Notes under the pieces: generated by a model | Databases searched by the model: none | What the model saw: only the letters and a program-made list of their open reading frames with translations | What the model was told of the DNA's origin: nothing | Made by a program: the position numbers and the translations under genes | In this document: one piece after another, positions 49,934-59,218 of the stretch | Layout of the letters: the number at the start of each line of letters is the position of its first letter | How positions within the stretch are numbered: position 1 is the first letter of the stretch | Source: a virus | Taxonomy: Duplodnaviria; Caudoviricetes | Reading direction: 5' to 3' (one strand) | IMG/VR virus record: IMGVR_UViG_3300031993_000007 | Length of the DNA stretch: 64,000 nt

Positions 49934-50899
49934 TTAGTACGAGTTAAATACGAAGCACGAGGTTTTACCAGATCTATACAAGACCTTAACGCTTCCAACA
50001 TTATTCCAGAGGACATTGTTGCTTGAGGTTGGGCCTGATAATAGACCAGTATAATTGCTGCCATTAGCAACAGAAGTACTACTGCTAGTCTCATAGAAAG
50101 AAACAGAGGATCCTGTGTCATTCTTTATATTCAAAGCATAGTTGCTATTTCCTTTCTGTTGTAGCACTATTATGTAAGACACGCCTACTGTGAATTCGGA
50201 TAGATTTATGGTCTTTCCGGTATTATACCAGCGTACACACGACTGAGGAGAGTCAGAGAAGGATGTCGAGTTTGCTGAAATAGTTTTAAACGGGATAAAG
50301 TCCTTGTACTGATAATTCCAGTAATAATCAGACGATCCGTCCCAAGAACTTGGAATCGAATCCTTTACAGTGAGTACTCTCTCATTCATACCCATAGTAG
50401 TTGATGGTTCTTTTCTGTATGGGGATGTAGCTATCGTTGCGGCTCTTCGTCTGTGATACGTTTTAGTTGAAGTGCCTCCTCCTGCATACTGCGCAAGAAC
50501 AAAGTCTTGTTCGTAGGCTGGGGTGGTTCCTTCAGACGCATCATTAACAGCCTTATTAAGAGCATCCACAAGGTTGGTCTTACCAGTACTACCATTGCCT
50601 TCTCCTAGCGTTCCGGTTACACCGGGTCTAGGACTAGCAACAAACACGTCAGCTGCCGAAGTCGATCCAAGGTTAGTTTTCATGCTTGGATTGCTAGTTA
50701 GGCCAGTACCACCATTACCGACTCCCAATGTTCCGGTTACGCCAGGTCTAGGGCTAGACGCAAACACATCGGCAGCAGAGGTCGATCCAAGGTTGGTTTT
50801 CATGCTTGGATTGCTAGTTATGCCAGTACCGCCTCTAGCGACAGGCAAAGTGCCTCCAACGCCCTTGGAGGCGTAATCGTTGTTTTCGTAAGTAGCCAT
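49934..50899 (-). CDS. tail fibre C-terminal protein with chimeric N-terminus
   Basis: GTL.V..GGTG repeats; the first 15 aa (MATYENNDYASKGVG) are unrelated to fibre repeats; GGAG SD. Confidence 0.65.
   Translation of the reverse strand: MATYENNDYASKGVGGTLPVARGGTGITSNPSMKTNLGSTSAADVFASSPRPGVTGTLGVGNGGTGLTSNPSMKTNLGSTSAADVFVASPRPGVTGTLGEGNGSTGKTNLVDALNKAVNDASEGTTPAYEQDFVLAQYAGGGTSTKTYHRRRAATIATSPYRKEPSTTMGMNERVLTVKDSIPSSWDGSSDYYWNYQYKDFIPFKTISANSTSFSDSPQSCVRWYNTGKTINLSEFTVGVSYIIVLQQKGNSNYALNIKNDTGSSVSFYETSSSTSVANGSNYTGLLSGPTSSNNVLWNNVGSVKVLYRSGKTSCFVFNSY
50605..50850 (-). repeat. ~120-bp (40-aa) tandem repeat, two copies, within the fibre gene
   Basis: TSNPSMKTNLGSTSAADVF..SPRPGVTGTLG occurs twice. 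Confidence 0.9.
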
Positions 50900-51024
50900 A
50901 AAACTATCTCCTTTGGTTTGGAAAACAAAAAACCGCACGGATTCCCGTGCGGCATTCTCAAATCTACGGAGATAGTCTCGCCTAATGGCGATTTCGAAAA
51001 ATTCTTATAAATTTAGTTTGTACG

Positions 51025-51918
51025 CTAAGTCGTGGCGAACTGGTAAACCGTTTCTACTTTTATCGTGGACGAGTCCGAGTACGACGTGCCGAACATTGAG
51101 TCGTTGTCACGCACGCGGAAAATCGGCGGGAACACAGCGATGTTCTTGGCGCTGTCGAGCACCCTCCGTATCGTGAGGACATATGCGGATCCGTACCGCT
51201 GCGATGACGAGCCGGGAGCGTCTATTACCGATTTCAAGTTCAGCGGGTATGTCTTTGCGACACCAGATATGACCCCCTCGTACCACGCGACAAAAATGTC
51301 CCTCGAGTTGATTCCGCTCCAGTCCCACAGGAAGTTGTTATCCATCGCGCTCCGCGTCATCAACGAATTCGAGTACAGGACGACAGTCACCGAAAACCTC
51401 TTGACGCCCTGCACCAGCAGGGCCCTGCTCGTCTTGCCGCCGTCACCCGTTATCTGCTGGTAGGATGCGGTAGTGGTATCTATCGGCGAGCCGCCGTTGC
51501 CGACGATACTCTTGCTTACGTCGTAGCTCCCGGTCGGGAACAGCCAGAACTCGTCACCGTTGGCATTCGGGTAGTACTGCCTGATGGTGTCCTCCAGCCC
51601 GAGCTTCCACACTGACGGATCCTGCTCGTAGATTGTCGTGTAGTTCCCACTCCTCTTGCGCAAGACGCTCCAGTTCCCGTCGCAGTTGAAAGCCTCGTTA
51701 CCCGTGACCGAACGAACCCGGAACGACGTCGCGGAATTGTCCATGACGCATGTACCTAGACCGTCAAGGCCCAGCGACGAACCCGGCTGCAACAGCGGCG
51801 AGCCGTTCTTCCCGACAACCGGGAAAATCCTACTCTCGCTAAGCCTGCGCAGCCAGCATCCCTGATCATACACATTGCCCTGTCTGTCAACGTAACGCAT
51901 ACACCATCCTCCTTCCAA
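51025..51918 (-). CDS. hypothetical protein in GC-rich insert (fibre-associated)
   Basis: Abuts the upstream fibre stop; likely start at MRYVDR after a GGAGG SD; GC visibly higher than the flanks. Confidence 0.6.
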   Translation of the reverse strand: MEGGWCMRYVDRQGNVYDQGCWLRRLSESRIFPVVGKNGSPLLQPGSSLGLDGLGTCVMDNSATSFRVRSVTGNEAFNCDGNWSVLRKRSGNYTTIYEQDPSVWKLGLEDTIRQYYPNANGDEFWLFPTGSYDVSKSIVGNGGSPIDTTTASYQQITGDGGKTSRALLVQGVKRFSVTVVLYSNSLMTRSAMDNNFLWDWSGINSRDIFVAWYEGVISGVAKTYPLNLKSVIDAPGSSSQRYGSAYVLTIRRVLDSAKNIAVFPPIFRVRDNDSMFGTSYSDSSTIKVETVYQFATT

Positions 51919-54900
51919 TCATACCCAGTAGAACGTGTTGGAATCCGTGCCAAGCTGCGACGCTCCGAAGACGAACTTCGTGCCGCCTATTCGCACGGCG
52001 TCGCCGGACGAACCGAGGTTCACGACCCCGTCGTTGTCGAGGCAAGCCACCCACTTGCCCGTGCCGCTGGCGTTGCGTGCGTACACGCCGAACTTGCCGC
52101 CGCCAGCGTAGGCGTCAATCTGCGCCGAGCCGTCGTTGCTGTTCGATGATGTCCTCGCACGCACTATCGATTCGGCACCCGCGGAATCGGTGAAGTTGGT
52201 ATCCTGTCCGGAACAGGAGAACTCCTTCGCCCCGATTATGGTCTCGGTGCCATCGATATGCACAACACCCGAATCGTTGGCGAGACGTCCCCAAGATTGT
52301 AACGACGAGTAGTTGTCGGTTGTCGACCTCGCCACTTCCGTGACCGTGATGGACGACATGCCGTCGTTGGCCGCGACGAGGCACGACAGGTTGCAGCGCA
52401 CGTTCGCGTCGATGTACAGCACTACCTTCTGCGCGGGCGAGCTGTCGTCGGAAGAGAGGAACTTCAGTACGGGCGATACGAACGTTCCCGTCGATGCCAT
52501 TATCGTGCCCACTACGAATTTCAGTTTCTCGTTCGCATTCTTGACGAACGTCGCCTGGAAGCTGACCGTGTCGCCGTTGCCCGTCGTCGCCACGCACATG
52601 AGCGCCACGCGGCCCGGACCTGCGGAGTACGGGATGGACAGTTCGACGGCATTGGTGTAGTCGACGGATGCGGAGAACCCGTCAGGCTTGACGGATATTC
52701 GCTTGACGATGCTGTCGACTGTCGCCGCCCTGTTGGTGCTGGCATTGTAGGTGTCGGCGTTCGCATCCCAAGCAATGAGGTTCTGCTTGTCCTTGGCGAT
52801 GGAATTCGTGCCAGTGAAGTTAGGGTCGTAGGCCTTGGCCACGGCAGCTGTTCCTCCGTAAGCCGATGCCGTGAGTCCCAGCACCGAGGAAATCTTGCCC
52901 TTGATGTAGTTCCAGAGATTCAGAGCGGTGCGGCGCACGAACGTGGATGCGCTGATAGTTGATGCGTCCACATGGTCGGAACCGACAACGAAATCGCCGT
53001 CAACGAAGTCGGCGTAGCTGGATGCGTTGCTCTTGTCGTCGAGGCTGGAGAGAACGTCGGAGCCGACCTCCTTCGGGGTCTTCTCCACCATGGCGGAAGT
53101 CCCGGCGCCCACCACGTAATTGCCCGACGTGACCGAGGCCTTGCCAGTGCCACCATTGGCAATTCCAAGCGTACCCGTAGTCTTGATGTTCGTGACGTCT
53201 GCGGATCCGTCGAACGGAGTGTTCGTGGAGGTATTGGATAAGGATACTGCCAGATTTCTTGCAACCTTGAACTTGCCCTCAAAAGTGGAAGCTTTCACGT
53301 TTGCAGGAAATGTCACAGATCCATCGTATGCAATAGCGCACGGGAGGCCGGATCTCTGCATTTCTGGACTCAATCCGCCAGCAGTCCACATGATATGATT
53401 GAGTGCTACTATTCCCATGACTCGGCAGCATCCCGTTTGGGATGATGCTGGCGTTGGTGACATCGATTCCGCCCAGAAGGTAAGACGCATGGAGTATATA
53501 TTGCTGTTTTGTGTCCAGCCGCCTCCAAAATTGTTAGAGATTGGAATTGAGTTCCATCCGCTATCGCCTGAAACGTCGAACGTCCCGCAATCTTCCCATA
53601 TATCTTCTCTAGCCTTGTAGCGTGTACCTGTCTGTCGCTCGACCTTGACCTTCATGTCTCTCGACGATGAGGTAGCAACAGAAATCAGTATGCGCCGCAA
53701 GTACGAATAGCACCAGTTATCGGTGTCCGTATCTCTCGTAGAAAGAGAACGGCAACATATCGTAACACGTACGCCTTGATCTGGCTCCATCTCTGGAGTT
53801 AAGTCTTTCGCCGCAGTCGTTGTCCCTGTATATCCAGGATGCACATGAGTTGCTTTTCCAGCCGTCATAGCGACTGACGTATCCGTTCCGCTGAACAATT
53901 TTTGCTTTTGAGCATCAGTCAGCTCGTAATCTGTCCACGTCGGATTCTCGGCAGTTAGGTTGGTTGTGTATTCAGCATACACTGCACTGGGCTTTGGCCC
54001 GAACCATGCGTTTTGCCTAGTGAAAGCTTCGATAGGGGCCTTCGAGCCAATTCTTGCAGCTCCACCCCAGTCAACATCTGCTTCAAGAACCTGCTCAAAA
54101 GTTCCTTTTTTGGAAAGGAACCTGTTCGTCGTGCTTCCATCAAACGAAGTGGAAGTCCTTGCAACTTTGTTGGAATCGCTTGCATCTGTTACAACTAATT
54201 TGTCGCCACTGGCAATAGCAACATCGGTAGTTTGCAATGTACCGCCGTTTGTAATGTTCCCATGAGTATGAGAAGCTGGAGCCACTCCGCTAATATCAAC
54301 CTCAGTGATTCCAGTAACCTGACCAAGGCTGTTAGTAGTGATCTGCGGGACTTTAGTGGCGGATCCCTTTGCAGAATAAGCCGTTTGGGTGGCTAAAGCA
54401 TTCTGCTTAGCATTCCAAGTAGCGGCACTTGCTACATGAGAATCAGAAATCGCGCCATCAATATCTCCGTCAGAAACCTTGTCCTTAAAAGCCAAAGCCT
54501 TTAAATCACTAAACCACTTGGCGATTTTTCCAAAGATCGTAGCATTAGATTCGCCAGTAGCAATATTCGTCCTACTGCCTGCCGCAGTAAATTCTTCAGT
54601 AAGATCGCTGCCCTCGCCACGAAATTTAAGGCTCCAGACGCTCTTATCAGTCCAGAGCTGCCATTGTACACCATCATAGTAGCACCAGTATACGCCGATC
54701 GGAATGGTATAATTGCTAGAGCTAGAGTTAGAGCCATTAATAAATAAATTCTTTGCTCCTTGGCTGTTAACATTGAGTGTCAACTGACCTTGGTTTGTAT
54801 TGGCAGTTGTGAAATAAATTCTAAAGGCAATATTCTTATGCCTGTCGTAGACAAACCCAATTCCGGTAGCTGTTTTAGCAGCTGTAGCCGCAGCAGTAGC

Positions 54901-55416
54901 GCAGTAAAGATCCGCAGCAGCATAGTAGTTATCGCTGACAGAATAGTCTGCCCATTTCCAATATGTGCCATCGTACGTAAGAAATACAATGGTACCTACC
55001 GGAAGGTGGGACGTAGTATTGCCTGTATTTCTGTACACATACTTGTTACCAAGACTATTGATATTCAAGTATGTAGAAGAGCTACCACCGCTAATGGGAA
55101 TCTTATAGGCTATCTTCATGCCTACTTTTAGTTCCGTAATGCCGTCAATAGTTCCCTTCCAGATCGGAGTTGCTACTCGATTCCACTTAGTAGAATCAAA
55201 AGATGAACCAGACGTATGAGCTGTCTTACAAGTGTACGGAGTATTGTTGCTTACCACCGGATCGCCAACGGCATAAACCGTATTTGCCGCCCATGCCGGA
55301 TAATCATGAGTACCAGCTACATAATAAACAGAATTGTCAATAGCCGCAAATTTTGCTTTAATTTTATTCCAAAGTTTTGTCAGACCGGAATGATTTAAAT
55401 ATTCTTCAGTTGGCAT
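51919..55416 (-). CDS. long tail fibre with carbohydrate-binding (CBM5/12-like) motif and GC-rich foreign C-terminus
   Basis: WAANTVYAVGDPV......Y.C..AHTS; HTHGNIT; FDGSADV; GTLGIANGGTG. Confidence 0.8.
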   Translation of the reverse strand: MPTEEYLNHSGLTKLWNKIKAKFAAIDNSVYYVAGTHDYPAWAANTVYAVGDPVVSNNTPYTCKTAHTSGSSFDSTKWNRVATPIWKGTIDGITELKVGMKIAYKIPISGGSSSTYLNINSLGNKYVYRNTGNTTSHLPVGTIVFLTYDGTYWKWADYSVSDNYYAAADLYCATAAATAAKTATGIGFVYDRHKNIAFRIYFTTANTNQGQLTLNVNSQGAKNLFINGSNSSSSNYTIPIGVYWCYYDGVQWQLWTDKSVWSLKFRGEGSDLTEEFTAAGSRTNIATGESNATIFGKIAKWFSDLKALAFKDKVSDGDIDGAISDSHVASAATWNAKQNALATQTAYSAKGSATKVPQITTNSLGQVTGITEVDISGVAPASHTHGNITNGGTLQTTDVAIASGDKLVVTDASDSNKVARTSTSFDGSTTNRFLSKKGTFEQVLEADVDWGGAARIGSKAPIEAFTRQNAWFGPKPSAVYAEYTTNLTAENPTWTDYELTDAQKQKLFSGTDTSVAMTAGKATHVHPGYTGTTTAAKDLTPEMEPDQGVRVTICCRSLSTRDTDTDNWCYSYLRRILISVATSSSRDMKVKVERQTGTRYKAREDIWEDCGTFDVSGDSGWNSIPISNNFGGGWTQNSNIYSMRLTFWAESMSPTPASSQTGCCRVMGIVALNHIMWTAGGLSPEMQRSGLPCAIAYDGSVTFPANVKASTFEGKFKVARNLAVSLSNTSTNTPFDGSADVTNIKTTGTLGIANGGTGKASVTSGNYVVGAGTSAMVEKTPKEVGSDVLSSLDDKSNASSYADFVDGDFVVGSDHVDASTISASTFVRRTALNLWNYIKGKISSVLGLTASAYGGTAAVAKAYDPNFTGTNSIAKDKQNLIAWDANADTYNASTNRAATVDSIVKRISVKPDGFSASVDYTNAVELSIPYSAGPGRVALMCVATTGNGDTVSFQATFVKNANEKLKFVVGTIMASTGTFVSPVLKFLSSDDSSPAQKVVLYIDANVRCNLSCLVAANDGMSSITVTEVARSTTDNYSSLQSWGRLANDSGVVHIDGTETIIGAKEFSCSGQDTNFTDSAGAESIVRARTSSNSNDGSAQIDAYAGGGKFGVYARNASGTGKWVACLDNDGVVNLGSSGDAVRIGGTKFVFGASQLGTDSNTFYWV

Positions 55417-55468
55417 AAGATTTCCTTTTTAAATGCCCCGTCGGTTGACAGGGCATTTAAATGTTTAA

Positions 55469-57241
55469 TTAGTTTAAAGCTTCAATCTCTTCGTCAGTGA
55501 TCGGAGTCATCTGTGTTTGATAGGTTGACGCAGCTACCGTCTCAGTGAGAACCTTCTCGGAGTTGCTATACAGACAGCCATCGGGTCCGATAAAAGCGGA
55601 ACGATTAGAATAGGTCCGTGCGATATCACCTTGTGTCTGAGCACCGATCAAGAAGAGCTTAGCGACGACATTAGTAGCTCCAGCGGTATTCCTGGTATCG
55701 TTGTCTTGCTGGGTGAACGTTGTAGTGGTTCCGTCCATCTTAGTTACTGTGAACGTCGTGCCGTTCCTAGTAATACTTACGATCGGAGCCTTATTCGCTC
55801 TGTCAGTTCCAAGGAACTGATACTGCGTGCCGTCATAGAGGAAGTACGCAATATCGTTCGCAATAACTTCTTTGCAAGTCGTAGAGTCTGCTGCGGCTCC
55901 GTTGATAAAGATATTCTTAGCACCTTGGGAGTTGATGTTAAGAGTAGCACCAGCACAGAGACCATAGGTAAATTTAACTGCGACAAAGCCATTCTTTACA
56001 AGGACGTAATCCTCTAGCGTTGCTACCTTAGCAGCTGTAGTTTCTGCCGTAGTACAAGTGCCATAGCCATTACCAAGCTTTTCGTTGGTATATGTGGTAT
56101 TAGTGTCTGGACTCCAAAGACCCTTAGAAGTTACACCAACAACGTGACCAGCTGCATCTCGTTTAATACCAGTCACCACTTGAACCAAGCTTCCGGACGC
56201 AGATGTCGGAAGCTGAGCGGCGGATCCTTCAGAAGCATCGATTTCAGCGCCAGAATCTTCTGCCGGTTCATAGTGATTTTCAACCGACGTAACTTTGGTA
56301 TCAGTATTGGGGTTGGCTGGAATCCTACCGGATGTAACGCTAATTCCAGTAACGTGGCCCTTACCGTCAGTATTAAGAGTAACACCCTTAACAACGTCAA
56401 AAGACCAAGCTGCGGTGCCACCACTTGCAGAAGCAGACTTGTCTTGTCCGCTTGCAGTTGCCGGAGTATAGTGGTTTGCCGAAGACGTAACCTTGGTATC
56501 AGTATCCGTAAATACAGCGTCGCTAGGAACGGATTTTCCAATGGTAAATCCAGAATCCTTGATCATCTTGCCAGTTGCACCATCGAATATTGCTACGCTA
56601 GAATCGGCAGCAGACGCAGGGCCAATTACTACGCCATCCAGATTACCTTGGATGAAATCCCAGTTAGCTCTGATGGTGGTATAGTTAGATGCGGTAGCTG
56701 CGGCGGTGCTATCCGTATTACAGATAAGCATGTCGTTAACTTCAACTTCAACACCAAGTATCTTACCAGCAGTGTCAACCTTGTAAGTCCAACCCTTGTT
56801 AGCAGCCGTAGTCAAAGCGCCATAACCTTCAGCGCTACCACCAGAGATAGTACCCTTATAGATCATCGCATCGGCTTCAGCCATTTTGTTGGTGATAGCC
56901 GTGTTGACAAACGAGGTAGTAGCGATCTGGGTGTTATTAGTACCAGCTGCGGCTGTTGGGGCCGTAGGAGTTCCGGTCAGGGCCGGACTATCCAATGGAG
57001 CTTTCTGCCCAAGATGAGTCGTGAGGTCTGTAACTTGCGATTCAGCAATCTGAATATCGCTAATAGTTACAGAGAGCTTTCCGTTTGTCTGGGAGATAGC
57101 CGTAACGGTCTTGCTAGCACCCGGAGTTCCGGTCACGGTTCCGGTCAAAGCATTGATTTTGCCGACTACGTAAGTCTTAATCTTGTTCCAAAAGGTAGAT
57201 AGACCATTGTAGTCAAGATATTTATCATTATTATCTGGCAT
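55469..57241 (-). CDS. tail fibre protein
   Basis: KAPLDSPALTGTPTAPT.AAGTNNTQIATT.FV phage fibre repeat; YGTC.TA..TAAKVA domain. Confidence 0.85.
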   Translation of the reverse strand: MPDNNDKYLDYNGLSTFWNKIKTYVVGKINALTGTVTGTPGASKTVTAISQTNGKLSVTISDIQIAESQVTDLTTHLGQKAPLDSPALTGTPTAPTAAAGTNNTQIATTSFVNTAITNKMAEADAMIYKGTISGGSAEGYGALTTAANKGWTYKVDTAGKILGVEVEVNDMLICNTDSTAAATASNYTTIRANWDFIQGNLDGVVIGPASAADSSVAIFDGATGKMIKDSGFTIGKSVPSDAVFTDTDTKVTSSANHYTPATASGQDKSASASGGTAAWSFDVVKGVTLNTDGKGHVTGISVTSGRIPANPNTDTKVTSVENHYEPAEDSGAEIDASEGSAAQLPTSASGSLVQVVTGIKRDAAGHVVGVTSKGLWSPDTNTTYTNEKLGNGYGTCTTAETTAAKVATLEDYVLVKNGFVAVKFTYGLCAGATLNINSQGAKNIFINGAAADSTTCKEVIANDIAYFLYDGTQYQFLGTDRANKAPIVSITRNGTTFTVTKMDGTTTTFTQQDNDTRNTAGATNVVAKLFLIGAQTQGDIARTYSNRSAFIGPDGCLYSNSEKVLTETVAASTYQTQMTPITDEEIEALN

Positions 57242-57257
57242 GATATTTTCCTTGTTA

Positions 57258-57632
57258 TTATTCTGGGTCATCGTCGGATAGGGCCAATATGTCTGACGTC
57301 GAGATCGGCCTAGGCAATGAGCTAAGATGGTTGTCTATTTTAATGTCTACGTTGTTGATCCTCGTTTCAAGAGTAGCGTCATTATCAGACCTAGCTCTTT
57401 CTTCGGCAGAGATCATATCAGCCAATTCAGCATCCGCAGATTCTAGAACAGCAACTTCGGTTGCTATAACATTGCGGATATCTGGATGCGCATCGTCGTC
57501 TAGGTTATGCGCAGATATCAAGGCATCAACATCGCTCTGTCCTATCTTTGTTACATCCCTGAAGTTAAGGTTGGCAGTTTGGTTCTCTGTTCCCTTAACT
57601 TCAAGGTGGTCAAGTTCTAATTCTAAAGCCAT
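57258..57632 (-). CDS. short fibre adaptor/coiled-coil protein
   Basis: HN.D.DAH.DIR motif, coiled coil, C-terminal PISTSDIL. Confidence 0.6.
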   Translation of the reverse strand: MALELELDHLEVKGTENQTANLNFRDVTKIGQSDVDALISAHNLDDDAHPDIRNVIATEVAVLESADAELADMISAEERARSDNDATLETRINNVDIKIDNHLSSLPRPISTSDILALSDDDPE

Positions 57633-57634
57633 TT

Positions 57635-58378
57635 CTAGTCTCCATAATTAGACGGAATTCCTTCAATTTGTTTGGAAATCCTCAAACAGTGACGGGATTC
57701 GACATATTCCATCGTGAAAGCTTGTTCAGCGCCGTTGAGAAGTTGAAGCATAGCTTCGGTCATTAGACCCTTCGCAGCGCCGTTATCACCGACCGTTGGG
57801 ATATCTTCAGCCGTCACGGAGATTTCGCCATTAGCATTCTGAGACACAGAAGTAACAGTCTTAGTAGATTCACCAGCAAAGGTCTTAGCAGTCTGCTTGG
57901 TTTTAAGATTGCCAAGGTTTACTTTAGTACCATCCTTTTGAAGTTCATTTCCATTAAGGATGATAGTCTGAACGGCAGAATCTGCCTTAGAGCCTTGTTC
58001 GGCTGTGGCAAGATCACTAGGATCTATACCGGAATCTTTAAGATTGCCATTTTCATCAAGGGCTGCAAGGTTGTTTTCAGTAGCTTCGGCAACTCTATCA
58101 GCCTTTGTATCCAAGTTTTCTCTGATTTCTTCAATAGTCTCTATAACATCAGAGCCAAGTTTCTCTTGAGTAACAGTACCGGGTTTAATTTCCGCTGGAA
58201 TGGAAACTGTTTCATTCTTCCTGAAGGAAGTCTGAACCTCGCCCGATAAATCGCCAGAAAGCTCAATAGTTCTGTCGCCATTGAGCTCTTGGGCTGAAAT
58301 ATCTATTCGAGTTCCACCTTCGAGAAATGGAAGAGTAAGGTGATCCGATTTTACACGTTTCACTATGGGTTTAGCCAT
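57635..58378 (-). CDS. tail-fibre-related virion protein
   Basis: LSGDLSG, VTQEKL, N.A.LDENGNLKDSG, AT..QG.KADSA fibre motifs. Confidence 0.7.
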   Translation of the reverse strand: MAKPIVKRVKSDHLTLPFLEGGTRIDISAQELNGDRTIELSGDLSGEVQTSFRKNETVSIPAEIKPGTVTQEKLGSDVIETIEEIRENLDTKADRVAEATENNLAALDENGNLKDSGIDPSDLATAEQGSKADSAVQTIILNGNELQKDGTKVNLGNLKTKQTAKTFAGESTKTVTSVSQNANGEISVTAEDIPTVGDNGAAKGLMTEAMLQLLNGAEQAFTMEYVESRHCLRISKQIEGIPSNYGD

Positions 58379-59090
58379 TATCTTCTTCCTCTTCGGGCTC
58401 AGGATCCCCGAATTCCGGTCTATCGATTTCAAGACCGCTGCCTTCATCTTCCAGTGCAAATACAGTACCGAACTTACTGAGATAATCCTCAATGATAGCA
58501 CGAATATTTCCAGGAATAATATTCGGGTCAACTTCAAACATTTGGTTATGAAGCTCCGGAGGAACTACCAAGAAGGCTGCTGCATCACGAGCAAATCCAA
58601 GATAGTATTCAAACGGGCATTCGATAACCTCAATAATGCTAGGCTCAAGAGAGGCATTTTGGATAGCTCCATAAGTGCCATTTAGATATCCTGCATACTG
58701 ATATTTTGCCAGAGCATCAAGCATCTGTTGCTTAGACTCTGCAAAGGCTCGCTTTTCAGCCTTCGGAACCACAGTGTACTTGAATACCTTATACCTAAAA
58801 TCCGGAGTGATGCGCACATAGATACGGAAGTCCTGACCGTCAGCATAAAGCATACTGTTTACAGCCAATACCCAAGTACTTACGTAGTTCTGATAAAGCC
58901 TTTTCTTGTCATTAGCGATAGCCCGCAAAAAATAAACAGATTCCTTCAGCTTTATGTTTTCTACATAGCTGCTAGCATCTTTGATGTAGGGAATTCTAGT
59001 ATATGGAAATCTCTCTTTGCCAACATCGGCAGACGATACACGATCTCGGTCTACGACCGTAGATATAAATCTTTTACTAGTATTAGGCAT
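58371..59090 (-). CDS. hypothetical protein heading the fibre operon
   Basis: Late-type motif at 59111-59122 upstream. Confidence 0.6.
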   Translation of the reverse strand: MPNTSKRFISTVVDRDRVSSADVGKERFPYTRIPYIKDASSYVENIKLKESVYFLRAIANDKKRLYQNYVSTWVLAVNSMLYADGQDFRIYVRITPDFRYKVFKYTVVPKAEKRAFAESKQQMLDALAKYQYAGYLNGTYGAIQNASLEPSIIEVIECPFEYYLGFARDAAAFLVVPPELHNQMFEVDPNIIPGNIRAIIEDYLSKFGTVFALEDEGSGLEIDRPEFGDPEPEEEEDNG

Positions 59091-59218
59091 AGCTACCACC
59101 ATTCTTTATTCAATATCAAGTTTGCGCATGGCATTTTGCAGAAGGTAAAAGGTGTCTTTAAATAAATTTCTATAACAGATGTATATTAAGAATAGAATAC
59201 AATTATAAAGAGGTAGAA

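Noticed and set aside
51025-53300. Naming a specific host genus from the GC-rich insert
   Set aside because: Composition alone cannot identify the donor; a database search is required.
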